Assembly: GCF_001194135.2 (NCBI RefSeq)
Contig: NC_068987.1
Location: forward strand, 16,297,738 to 16,350,260
Length of the DNA stretch: 52,523 nt
Source of the DNA: Octopus bimaculoides
Lineage: Eukaryota
Direction: 5' to 3'
Shown in pieces: positions 12,935-24,757 of this stretch. Within the stretch, counting starts at the first letter, position 1; each line of letters opens with the position of its first letter. The position numbers and the translations under genes are program-made. Under the pieces are notes generated by a model that was not told the DNA's origin, did no database searches, and saw only the letters and a list, made by a program, of their open reading frames with translations.

Positions 12935-13562
12935 CTGAAAGAGAGAGAGAGAGAAAAAAGACAGGTTTCTTGATTATCCTGGATGATTTGGGTAAACATA
13001 GATTTTAAATTAATATAAATTAATTGATTAGGTACTTAATTACGTAATTAATGATGTTTACAACTAATAAAATGACTATTGAACACAATTAAATTATGAA
13101 CTGTGTGTGTATATATATATATATGAAATTTATATATTTACTTGGTAAGCCATAAGGTGGCGTCTGTTAGTATCATAAAACTTAGGTAAAGGTAGCGTTC
13201 CGGGCCTATAGTGATCTTCGAGAATCTGAAATACGACGAAAAACAGTTATATAAAGCAGTATATTAGTAGAATACATAGAGCAGTGGACAAATATTCTGC
13301 TCAATACCACAAATTTGCTTGTCAGTTGCTTGACTTTAAATCACTTGAGCATGGCTGACAATGGCTGACAATATGCGCATCTCTGACCACGAGCAAGAGT
13401 AATGGGGAAGCATCATAGCCATGTGTTGAGAGATTTTTTGGCGTTTGAATAAATGTAAGAAATGTATCTCGGGGTAAGAAAATAGGAAATAATAGTTACT
13501 ACTCGAGGACAAAACTCGAGTTGCCCAGTGCTATTGAATGAAATCACGTAAATTCAGTTTAC

Positions 13563-13676
13563 CAAATCTTCGGGGTATCTCACGGGATCGGATACAAAAC
13601 TCCATCGTCTGCGGTCNNNNNNNNNNTGGATTCGCTGGTTGATAACTGTCTGGCATTGGCAGTTTTGTTATTTCTT
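13563..13676 (-). CDS. Exon: cytoplasmic tail (KRNNKTANARQLSTSES..DRRRWSFVSDPVRYPEDL), phase 2 to 0, interrupted by a 10-N gap
   Basis: Very strong acceptor tttcctcttttcaatctcattgttttgtag|AAGAAAT and donor TTG|gtaaac; the frame after the gap is inferred from compatibility with the next exon. Confidence 0.75.
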
Positions 13677-13794
13677 CTACAAAACAATGAGATTGAAAAG
13701 AGGAAACGTAAATATCTTTTAGAATTGAAGATGTGGAATTGAAGATGTCAATTTTAGCATTCTTCCGATCTTTGTGCCCCGCCATGCATGTATA

Positions 13795-14092
13795 TTAAAA
13801 GGATCCCTTTCGGGTCATGAATGACCATGGGGTTGCACCTAGAAAGTTACCCTCCGAGGCACAAGTCGAAGCGAGGTTGTTTATGGAAGACCAGTAATTG
13901 CCTATGCCACGCCACCGATATTATCCAAGGGAAAGGCAAAGGCTGATACAGCTTGGCACCAGTGACACCACAACTAATTTCTACAGCTGAGTGAACTGGA
14001 GCAACGTGAAATAAAGTGTCTTGCTCAAGAACACAACACAGCCCAGTCCGGGATTCGAACTCATGATTATGAATCTGACGCTCTAACCAGAG
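13795..14092 (-). mobile_element. Family-C tRNA-derived SINE
   Basis: CTACAGCTGAGTGAACTGGAGCAACGTGAAATAAAGTGTCTTGCTCAAGAACACAAC; matches 43407-43672. Confidence 0.8.
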
Positions 14093-15139
14093 TCGTTAAA
14101 GCGGCGATATTCGTTCTGCCCTTCAGCGCTTTTGAGTTCAAATACTACGAAGCTCAACTTTACTTTTCGTCGTTTCTTGTCTCTTTCTGTGCATCTGCGA
14201 CTCTTTATGGAAAAAAAAAATCGGTTGTGATCAAACCTGGAAAAGGATAAGCTCCGCTAAGTTTTGAAATGCCCAGGACACGCCGTATGTTATAACGGAC
14301 ATCTAATAATTCCTGATGGATTTGTCCGACTTTTCCTTGCTTGCTAACCGCACAACTGTAAATAAAACTTCGTCACCAAGTGTAACTTTACAGTAACCAT
14401 TATGAAACATTATAAAATATTCTCCTTTCTCAAACTTCAGAAATTTCACACATTTAATTATTGCTGTGTGAGTTTTGTTGGTTCGAGTTCGAGATATGAA
14501 ATCGAGACTTCAATCTTTTTATATACAATTAAAAACATTTTCGTTGAATCGAAACATCGAGTGAATTACACCGTCTGACGTAAAACTCCACTTAGACATA
14601 TTATAATAAAGTTTTAAAATATCAGTTCGTTTATTTTGACAGTGAAAACATATTTTTCTCACGCTTTTATGATGTTGTTTTTCGTTTTTAAAACACAAAG
14701 CACTATGATATATTTCTTTTCAAAGCTTTCCGAATGTTATCACTCCAATTACATAGCACTCAAATTGAGTGTCATATGTAAATATTCTTTGTTGCAAAGT
14801 TAACCCCACTGTACAACGTTTCAACTTTAACTATAACTTTTTTGAATTCAAATTTAATCACTCATTTTCTGAGAGAGCAATTCGCTTTTGCTTTGATAAA
14901 TATTGACATATGTATAAATCTTTTTGACATTTGCTTCGCATTCTTGTTTTGCTTCTTTTCACCACGTTTATCCGCCAACTCAAACATATTGAAATTTAGA
15001 GTTAATGGAGTTGTTTATCTTCCAACCTTTTCAGAGAAGAACTGTTGTTTTCAACACGGTACAACCGCGACTTTTTCTCTTCCCTGCATTGTGTTTTCGA
15101 ATTACTGTTTCCTCTCATCAAAATTATTTCTTACCCAGT

Positions 15140-15560
15140 TTACTCTTACTCTTTACTCTTTTACTTGTTTCAGTCATTTGACTGCGGCCATGCTGGAGCA
15201 CCGCCTTTTAGTCGAGCAAATCGACCCCAGGACTTATTCTTTAGAAGCCTAGTACTTATTCTATCGGTTTCTTATGCCGAACCGCTAAGTTACGGGGACG
15301 TAAACACACCAGCATCAGTTGTCAAGCGATGTTGGTGGGGGACAAACACAGACACAAACATATACACACACATACACACACATATATATATATACATATA
15401 TACGACGGGCTTCTTTCAGTTTCCATCTACCAAATCCACTCACAAGGCTTTGGTCGGCCCGAGGCTATAGTAGAAGACACTTGCCCAATGTGCCACGCAG
15501 TGGGAATGAACCCGGAACCATGTGGTTGGTAAGCAAGCTACTTACCACACAGCCACTCCT
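15140..15560 (-). mobile_element. Family-B tRNA-derived SINE, near full length
   Basis: Minus-strand head GGCTGTGTGGTAAGTAGC..GGTTCATTCCC, body GGGCAAGTGTCTTCTACTATAGCC, central microsatellite, tail CAGCATGGCCGCAGTCAAATGACTGAAACAAGTAAAAG; many copies in the window. Confidence 0.85.
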
Positions 15561-15858
15561 GGTTGTTAAATTTTAGCGAAATATTCAAAAGTTTTGTCTA
15601 TTAAAGCGCTTATCTATAAACACTACCGTCATACTTCTTCACGTTGAAAATTTCGCTTTGCCGTGACCGATAGATGGTCATTACCTACTCTTCTTTATTA
15701 CCTACCCTTCTTTATCAAAGGAAGACGATGGATCGAAGTTCCTGATACACCCGGCTTTTAGCTAGATTCGTACTGCACGTATATATATATATATGTTACT
15801 AGTTACTAGTTTCAGCTCGGCCGAACTGGACACTGCCGTTATATCGTTATATATATAA

Positions 15859-15864
<6 letters not shown>

Positions 15865-15932
<68 letters not shown>
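15865..15932. repeat. (GA)n microsatellite just downstream of the TM exon donor
   Basis: Direct reading. Confidence 0.95.
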
Positions 15933-15936
<4 letters not shown>

Positions 15937-15965
15937 GAAACAAATAGTGTTGCTGCTTTACTTAC

Positions 15966-16065
15966 TTCTTGGTTTTCCGTCGATACACGAAGATGCACAA
16001 TATGCAAATGAGAAGAGTCAGGAATAGAAGACCACCGAGTGTGCTGCACAGTATAATCACCAACA
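15966..16065 (-). CDS. Exon: transmembrane helix plus basic stop-transfer (LLVIILCSTLGGLLFLTLLICILCIFVYRRKTK), phase 1 to 2
   Basis: cttgctctgcattgcag|TGTTGGTG...ACCAAGAA|gtaagt; 100 nt; long hydrophobic run followed by RRKTK. Confidence 0.92.
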
Positions 16066-16216
16066 CTGCAATGCAGAGCAAGAGTTAGTAGTAGTAGTAG
16101 TAGTAAAAGTCGTATGGGCAGAAAATGAAACAGAAGAAGAGAAAAAGACAAGGAGAAAATGTTGAAAGGAATATATTCTAGGCTCGAGTCACGAACCGCA
16201 ATATCAAATATATGCG

Positions 16217-16276
<60 letters not shown>

Positions 16277-16369
16277 GCACATACACACAGAGATATCTAT
16301 ATAAATAAATGCATACACACTCACACGCGCGCATGTATATATGCATATGTATATAGGCACAAGCAAGGA

Positions 16370-16525
16370 TGAGTGATTAGGGAGTTTACTGCTCAACCAA
16401 ATGCATTTGGGTTCAATTCCATTATGTGTCACTTGCAAGTTTCTTCCACTAAGATGCCGGACCGACTTGTGCCTTGTGAGTGAACTTGTGGACGGAAACT
16501 GTTTGGAAGCCCATCATATACGCAT
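16370..16525 (+). mobile_element. Family-B SINE head, diverged
   Basis: GGGTTCAATTCC..GCCTTGTGAGTG..GGAAACTG..GAAGCCC. Confidence 0.6.
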
Positions 16526-16536
16526 GTGTGCGTAAA

Positions 16537-16569
<33 letters not shown>

Positions 16570-17619
16570 GTGTGTGTGTGTGTGTACGTGTGTGAGTGCG
16601 TGTGTTTGTGTATGAGTGATGGATCTTTTTCTTTTTTTGATTTGTTACAGTAGCATATGGTTTTGGCTTTCAAGCAAGGAAGAAGTAATGTTTGAAAGCT
16701 TGTTGAAGAACACAATCGATGTAAAGAAAGAGGAAATTCTTCCAACCAGGAATCGAAATAAATTGTGGAATCAGTTCAAAGTCATGTGGTTTTTAAAAGA
16801 GGATCGGTTCCTTATATTTTTGCTATTTTGCTAAAAGATATTTCGCAGTTCAGTGGAAACCATAATTTTGCTGGTGACATTTTCAATTATTTTAAAGAAA
16901 ATATTTGACTGAAATCAACTGAATTTTCAGAGGAACATGTTTCATTGTAATTAACTCAATTATTAAACGAATAAATTTTACTAAAGCCAATTGAATTCTC
17001 TTTGGAGTTAATCTTATTGATTACAGTTGAATTCCCGACGGAATACATTCTATTGAAAACTAACTCAATTCTGAACGAGATAAATTTAAGTGCAGGCTAC
17101 CATGTTTGGTTTACTGAACCGAAAATATGTAATTTTTTTTTTGTTTAATTAAAATTATAACCAAAATGATAAGGAAAATAATTTGTTTTAATGAAAAATA
17201 TTCTCAGAAGGAGCAAGGGAAGCGATTAAAATCTCAGCGGAGTATATTTTATTGAAAGCAACTCAGTCCTTAATGGTTTGTATCTCTAAAAGCTTTGTAC
17301 TCTACGAGTAATTCTTAAAACAGTTTGCCAGAACGGAAACTCCCATAACGAAACAATCACCCACAAAGCAGTCTATGTGGCTAAATCTGCCAAAAATAGC
17401 AGCTTAAATCTCCCTCATATTACATTCTACCGCCCTTAAACGAAGATGAGCACACTGGTTAACGTAGTCTTAGAAGAATATACTATAATTGAAAATAAGA
17501 CAGGATTAGTATGATTGACAAAACCGTTAATCATATGTTAGTTTGATCAATGTTGACTTTGAACAAAGCAACAACAACGATAACAACAACAATAACAACC
17601 GTCCAACGGACTTTTAATG

Positions 17620-18002
17620 TGGTTGGCACTCCGTCGCTTATGACGTCGAGGGTTCCAGTTGATCCGATCAACGGAACAGCCTGCTCGTGAAATTAACGTG
17701 CAAGTGGCTGAGCACTCCACAGACACGTGTACCCTTAACGTAGTTCTCGGGGATATTCAGCGTGACACAGAGTGTGACAAGGCTGACCTTTTGAAATACA
17801 GGTACAACAGAAACAGGAAGTAGGAGTGAGAGTAAGTTGTGGTGAAAGAGTACAGCAGGGTTCGCCACCATCCCCTGCCGGAGCCACGTGGAGCTTTAGG
17901 TGTTTTCGCTCAATAAACACTCAAAACGCCCGGTCTGGGAATCGAAACTGCGACCCTATGACTGGGAGTCCGTTGCCCTAACCACTGGGCCATTGCGCCT
18001 CC
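17620..18002 (-). mobile_element. tRNA-derived SINE, family-C related subfamily
   Basis: Minus-strand head GGAGGCGCAATGGCCCAGTGGTTAGGG..GTTTCGATTCCCAGACCGGG; related copy at about 37745-38040. Confidence 0.8.
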
Positions 18003-18131
18003 TGGACGTTTAATACTACTGTATTAAAACTGACTCATAAAATTTATTGTTGCTAAGTGGTCAGCAATATAAGAGGAAGGTAAAATATGATATAGAGAAG
18101 ATGAAATTAACTTCAGTATGAAACTTGAACA

Positions 18132-18190
18132 AACTCAATCGGTAGAGCGTCAAACGTTTAACCGGAGGATCGTAAGTTCATGTTCCCCTA
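18132..18190 (+). pseudogene. Degenerate tRNA-like sequence (Lys-like) or isolated SINE head
   Basis: AACTCAATCGGTAGAGCGTCAAACGTTTAACCGGAGGATCGTAAGTTCATGTTCCCC; D-arm intact, acceptor stem missing. Confidence 0.4.
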
Positions 18191-18720
18191 AAAGAATATT
18201 TTACTAGCGGTGCTTCAAACATACCCGCAGCTAACAGATTAAAGCAAGTAAATGAGGAATAGCTAACAATAACAGTTGATAGGAATATTGAGCCACAGGC
18301 GATAAGCTCTATTTCAAACAAGATTTGAACTTGAAACGTAAAACATAAAAAAGCATGAAAACTAGTAATTATTTCGAAACTTTACAACACTTAATGGAGC
18401 AAACACAGATTTGAACTTGAATCCCAAAGAGAATGAAAACTAGTAATTATTCCGAAGCTTTACAGCACTTGATGGAATAGACGCAGATTTGAACTCAGAA
18501 CAGAAAAAAGACTGCGTTTATCTGCTCGGCGCTCTAGCGATTCCGCCGAGGTCGACTTTATTTTTCATCCTTTCAGAGTCGATAAAACAAGTAACAGTCA
18601 GGCTCTGAGGTTGCTGTAATCGACTTGATTCCTTCCCCGAAATTGCTGGCCTTGTGCCAAAATTATTATTATTATTATTATTAATTAATTAATGAATTGA
18701 TTAATTTATTTTGGCCTTAC

Positions 18721-18767
18721 ATTTTCCATTAACTTCACATTTTTCTCCGAGGAACCATGTCGGACAT
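18721..18767 (-). CDS. Exon: EGF-like module 2, C-terminal half (CPTWFLGEKCEVNGK), phase 2 to 1
   Basis: ctttttatttccag|ATGTCCGA...GGAAAAT|gtaagg; 47 nt, same length and phases as 35471-35517. Confidence 0.92.
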
Positions 18768-18907
18768 CTGGAAATAAAAAGCGATACAAAACAGCAATAA
18801 TTAGTAACGTTGACGAAGACAAGACTCCAACACCATCTGTTCGAAATTTCCAACGAACAAATAAAAGCAAAAAAGCACAAAAATGAATAGTAGAATTCAT
18901 GACTGGG

Positions 18908-19866
18908 AATCCTGCTAAGTTACCCCCACCAACCTTGTGGAGGTGTGTGGCTTAGTGGTAAGGGTGTTGGGCTCATGATCGTAAGATTGTGGTTTCGATT
19001 CCTAGACCAGATGACGCGCTGTGTTCTTGAGCAAACCACTTCATTTCATGTTGCTCCAGTCCAATCAGCTGGCAAAAAGTTAAACTAAGCCAACAAACGT
19101 CAATGTACGGCGATAAAACATGGTGATGATTACTGTACTTGATCAATACGAACATTAAATACTTAAACAGCCTAAATAAAAAAAAAGTTAAATTAAAATA
19201 AATATAAAACATAAAAGAAATGGAATAAATTCTCAAGGAAATTAAATGCTCAGGCATTTCAAACATTTAATGACAACCAGTTTTATGTGAAAAACATATG
19301 TTAAAAGCTGTTTCATGTGAAAATTTCACATAAGTTTCCTTTCTTAAAAATATATAGTCCATGTATTTGTGAACAAAACCATCAAGACGAGTTAGCTTAT
19401 AGGTCATTGTTGTTGTTGCTCTTGTTGTTACTGAGCCCCAGGATAGCTTTATTCGAGCAGATCTATGATCAATGGCATTTCAGTCTTTTACTTTTGTACA
19501 GGGAAACTAGGGCTACGTAATTTAATCCAAAATGGTTGTTATTTTCCGCATATTGGCAGTGCCGCCTTGTGGTATGAACACACTAGGTAGGCCCTCATGT
19601 GTCTTGAGGCCTAATTCTGTTTTGTGTATGCTTTGGTTTGCTGTCAATAAATAAATAATATAGGATCCAAATCATTGACGTATTTAGGGGCCTATAATCC
19701 TGCTAAGTTACCCCCACCAACCTTGTGGAGGTGTGTGGCTTAGTGGTAAGGGTGTTGGGCTCATGATCGTAAGATTGTGGTTTCGATTCCTAGACCAGAT
19801 GACGCGCTGTGTTCTTGAGCAAACCACTTCATTTCATGTTGCTCCAGTCCAATCAGCTGGCAAAAA
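18908..19866 (+). repeat. 171-bp direct duplication (18908-19078 and 19696-19866) of a family-C SINE plus its 5' flank
   Basis: The two copies read identical by eye, offset 788 bp. Confidence 0.85.
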
Positions 19867-20227
19867 TGATTAATTCGGCGACAGACAGGTGTTTCGTCCT
19901 AATGGAGAATATATATGCCATGAAACCGGGAAACCGGCCCTTATGAGTTGGTATAATTCTAGAAAGTAACTTTACCGTTACCTTAAGTCGGTCCATGGAT
20001 ATTTGGTTATATCTGGCTACTTTTTCTAGCAGGTCTAGCAACCACTCGTTAGCTTGTTCACTGCAGGGTACAAAGAGAAGGTAAGAAGAGATGTGTTTCG
20101 ACCTTGTTTTTCGTCGTTTCGGCGTTGATAGAATAAAATACCAGTCAAGAACTGAGGTCGAAGCAATCAACTAAACCACTTCTCCTAAAATTGCTTGCCT
20201 AATTTAAAAGAATTATTATGATTATTA

Positions 20228-20408
20228 TGGCGGCGAAAGGCGGCGACCGTGCCGGGAAAAATGCTTAGCGGCGTTTCGTCCGTCTTTACGTTCTGAGTTT
20301 AAATTCCGCCGAGATTGACTTTGCCTTTCATCCTTTCGGGGTCGATGTAACTGGCTAGTCTCTTCCCCTAAAATTTCGGGCCTTGTACCTATAGTAGAAA
20401 GGATTATC
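20228..20408 (+). mobile_element. Family-A SINE
   Basis: Same consensus as 29588-29815. Confidence 0.8.
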
Positions 20409-20959
20409 GAGATGGTGAGCAGACAAGTAGGATCTTTAGCGCCTCGGACAAAATACTNNNNNNNNNNNNNNNNNNNNNNNNNNNNNNNNNNNNNNNNNNN
20501 NNNNNNNNNNNNNNNNNNNNNNNNNNNNNNNNNNNNNNNNNNNNNNNNNNNNNNNNNNNNNNNNNNNNNNNNNNNNNNNNNNNNNNNNNNNNNNNNNNNN
20601 NNNNNNNNNNNNNNNNNNNNNNNNNNNNNNNNNNNNNNNNNNNNNNNNNNNNNNNNNNNNNNNNNNNNNNNNNNNNNNNNNNNNNNNNNNNNNNNNNNNN
20701 NNNNNNNNNNNNNNNNNNNNNNNNNNNNNNNNNNNNNNNNNNNNNNNNNNNNNNNNNNNNNNNNNNNNNNNNNNNNNNNNNNNNNNNNNNNNNNNNNNNN
20801 NNNNNNNNNNNNNNNNNNNNNNNNNNNNNNNNNNNNNNNNNNNNNNNNNNNNNNNNNNNNNNNNNNNNNNNNNNNNNNNNNNNNNNNNNNNNNNNNNNNN
20901 NNNNNNNNNNNNNNNNNNNNNNNNNNNNNNNNNNNNNNGGTTGGATGATTATTGTTTAA

Positions 20960-21111
20960 CTTTTACTGGTGTCAGTCATTAGAATGTATCAACCCCAGTG
21001 CTAATTTTTAAAAACTTTTTAAAGCTTGTTGCTTATTCTATCGATCAGTTTGCCGAACCGCTAAGTTACGGGGGACATAAACACACCAACACCAGTTGTC
21101 AAGCGGTGATA

Positions 21112-21154
<43 letters not shown>

Positions 21155-21325
21155 TGGTCGACGGACGTCTTTCAGTTTCCGTCTACCAAATCCACTCACA
21201 AGGCTTTGATTGGCTCAAGGCTATAGTATTAATAGAAGACACTTGTCCGAGGTGCCACTCAGTGGAACTGAACCTGGTACCATATGGTTGCGAAGCAAGA
21301 TTCTTAACCACACAGCCACACCTGC
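20960..21325 (-). mobile_element. Family-B SINE
   Basis: Same head, body and tail motifs as 15140-15560. Confidence 0.8.
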
Positions 21326-21502
21326 ATCTATATGACTGTAGAGTTCTCAATATTTTTGAAAAAAAAAAGCAAAAAACAAAAAAAAAGCTTACCAAAAGAC
21401 AAAAGAAAACAACAACAACAAAAAAAAAACAATAACAAAAAAGAAAAAGAAAACAAAAGCGAGATATTCCTTCAATAGTAAAAGAGAAAATGTTGGTCTT
21501 AC

Positions 21503-21569
21503 TCGCAAGTGACTTTTCCATTATTTAGCTGACAAGTACCATTATTCTGACAGGAACACCGGTTTGCGA
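21503..21569 (-). CDS. Exon: EGF-like module 2, N-terminal half (xANRCSCQNNGTCQLNNGKVTCE), phase 1 to 2
   Basis: gtgtttttcag|TCGCAAAC...ACTTGCGA|gtaaga; 67 nt; same Cys spacing as module 1. Confidence 0.92.
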
Positions 21570-21803
21570 CTGAAAAACACAACAACATAGTATATAGAGA
21601 AAAAGGAAATAATGGGGAGATATTTGCATACAACGATATATCAGTGATTGGTGAGATGTCTTTAATAATAAATGATTAATGTTCGTGCATGAACAGAAAT
21701 AATAAGGTTATTTGTGTTGTTTTTGGGTGACATGAGAAATGTAATGTCATATGTATACATACACATACATAATATCAGATCTACACATACAGTTTGTGAG
21801 TGT

Positions 21804-21841
<38 letters not shown>

Positions 21842-22499
21842 TAATTTATCCACCTGTGTATCTACCTATATGGACAAATACATATATACATACAAATACA
21901 TGCATAATATTCACACACACGCATATATATATATACTCAATTCAAATAAACAACTAATTAAAAAAGACGAATAATAAAACCAATGGACAACAAGAGGACG
22001 GGCACAAGGAATGCATTAGTTTGATGCTCGGTGTGTGTGTATATATATTATTATACATCGTGTGTATGTATTTATGCATGTATATAATATATATGCATGT
22101 GTTTAATAATATACAGATAGACGTTTGTTCATATAATATTGTTTAACATTTTTCTATCTCAATATAATAAGCATTTTTATATACATTCATTTTTTATTTA
22201 TTGTTGGTTGATATATACATTCTTTTTATTATTATTATTATTGTTGTATTTTGACCTGAAGATTTAGCTATATTTTTGAATAGGGTTGATTTTCGATCGA
22301 TTTAATCGATTTGAATATATTTTATTTTCTATTTGAAAACTTGGTTATGAAACACGTGTAGTCGTTTTATTATCATTATTTTATGATTTTTACTTTGTAT
22401 TATATTATACTTATTTATCGTGCATTTACTTAATAATTTTTCTATGTGACTGTGGATTTTCATGGATGAGTTCATGAACTTTGGTTCTTTTCTCTAAAA

Positions 22500-22995
22500 C
22501 TATATATATGAATATCGAACTGTTGCAGTATAGTGTCCTTGCTCGTGATTTTGAAGGTGGTACATGTAGAGTCTGGCAATATCTACTAGTTTTTGCATTA
22601 CAGCTTTCTTCAGTGCCGACGTTTGGAATATGACCTTCCAGGATCTTCCATACATAAATAACGACATACATAAACCTCTGCGTCGTTCAAGGGAGGAGAG
22701 ACGTAGAGCTATGTGAGGTTTTCAATAATGAAGTCCTATAACCGAAGTTATTTTACTTGTAAACGTTCTCGGCTATCCTTTAATTTCTTCTATGAGACCG
22801 GGTGTATTTGGAGACCAAAGCTGTGAACAGTAATCTAGATTACACAAAACTAAGGTTTTCCATAGAGTCAGTACAACTGACTTGGTTCTCGTATTACGAA
22901 ACGTTTCAAGATCCATCCAATGAAATATCTAGATTCAGAGATCATGTTGGTGATGTGTCCGATGAAAGATGTATCATTTAACATGATTTCTTCTG
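22500..22995 (-). mobile_element. CR1/L2-group LINE ORF2 C-terminal remnant
   Basis: Frameshifted peptides GWILKRF, LWKTLVLCNLDYCSQLWSP, LRLSSLERRR, YVVIYVWKILEGHIPNVG. Confidence 0.8.
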
Positions 22996-23888
22996 TATTT
23001 TATCACAAAATATATGTACGTATAAAGGTATGTACACGCTCACACAAATACATACGGTGTAATAACTACATATATTCAAATATGAGTGCGTATGTACATA
23101 CAGTCATACATACAGGCATTTTTACTCATACACACACGCACACACACACGCATGCAAACATATTGCATACATATAACAGATCTTGATAAAATAGACAAAC
23201 GTTCAGTACTATATACTGTATATATATATATACTATCCATTGTGTATAATCGACAGTGTCGACATAATAATGGACACATATATACACAAAAACATTCCTA
23301 TTCATATGCACACACACGCACACATACACGCATACAAAGCCAATATTCATAAACACACATGTATATACATACATACGAATACACTAATGGATATATATCC
23401 ATTATATAAACAGTTTCATTTAGAGATGTTCAATTGATAGCGCACTATTTGTGAATGTTTACACGACAGATGAACGCACATACACAGACTAGATACTCAC
23501 AGAAACACATCGACACATACCCGCAAGCATTTTGCTTGTGTGTCAGTCTGTCTCTGTATACATATATGTGTGTGTGTGTGTGTGTGTGTATGTGTGTGTG
23601 TATGTATGTGTGTATGCATGTAGCTATTTACTTAAACATCCACCCTCCCTCTTGTTCCCTTCCGTCAACTGCATGGAATGAATGTGTATACATTCTGAGC
23701 ACACCCACAGTGAGGCTTTGTAATTCTGAAGTGTATTTCAGTTCTCACAGTGTGTGTGTGCTTGTGTGTGCATGTATGTATGTATGTATATATATATATA
23801 CATACATGTATGTATACATGTATGTATGTATATATATATACACATGTATGTATGTATATATATATATATACACACATATATACACATA

Positions 23889-23932
<44 letters not shown>

Positions 23933-24285
23933 NNNNNNNNNNNNNNNNNNNNNNNNNNNNNNNNNNNNNNNNNNNNNNNNNNNNNNNNNNNNNNNNNNNN
24001 NNNNNNNNNNNNNNNNNNNNNNNNNNNNNNNNNNNNNNNNNNNNNNNNNNNNNNNNNNNNNNNNNNNNNNNNNNNNNNNNNNNNNNNNNNNNNNNNNNNN
24101 NNNNNNNNNNNNNNNNNNNNNNNNNNNNNNNNNNNNNNNNNNNNNNNNNNNNNNNNNNNNNNNNNNNNNNNNNNNNNNNNNNNNNNNNNNNNNNNNNNNN
24201 NNNNNNNNNNNNNNNNNNNNNNNNNNNNNNNNNNNNNNNNNNNNNNNNNNNNNNNNNNNNNNNNNNNNNNNNNNNNNNNNNNNNN

Positions 24286-24335
<50 letters not shown>

Positions 24336-24657
24336 GCAGCTAATGTGCATATTTACTAGAGTAACACACATGTATTCTCTGAGGAGGAACAGCGATGCAA
24401 AAAGTTATATAACTATTACTAGTCTATATGCCTGAAGGAAAGTCCTTTCAAGATAGATGCATCGCTGAATTTCTAGTCAAGATATATAACTTTACGTTGC
24501 ATCATTTAAACCAAGGATGGTTAATTTGTAAACTTCAGTCTCAGCTTCCCTGCAAGACTTGTCTTTTCGGTTGAGAGACGCATCACTCATCTCTACAACG
24601 TTACAGAAAAGCTATTCGTGAAAGGAGTATAATTCAACCCCCATCTCTCCCCGTCTC

Positions 24658-24757
<100 letters not shown>

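Noticed and set aside
24497-24585. Open phase 1-to-2 segment (EMSDASLNRKDKSCREAETEVYKLTILGLNDAT)
   Set aside because: No phase 2-to-1 partner found before 21569, weak donor, no domain signal; cannot be excluded because of gaps
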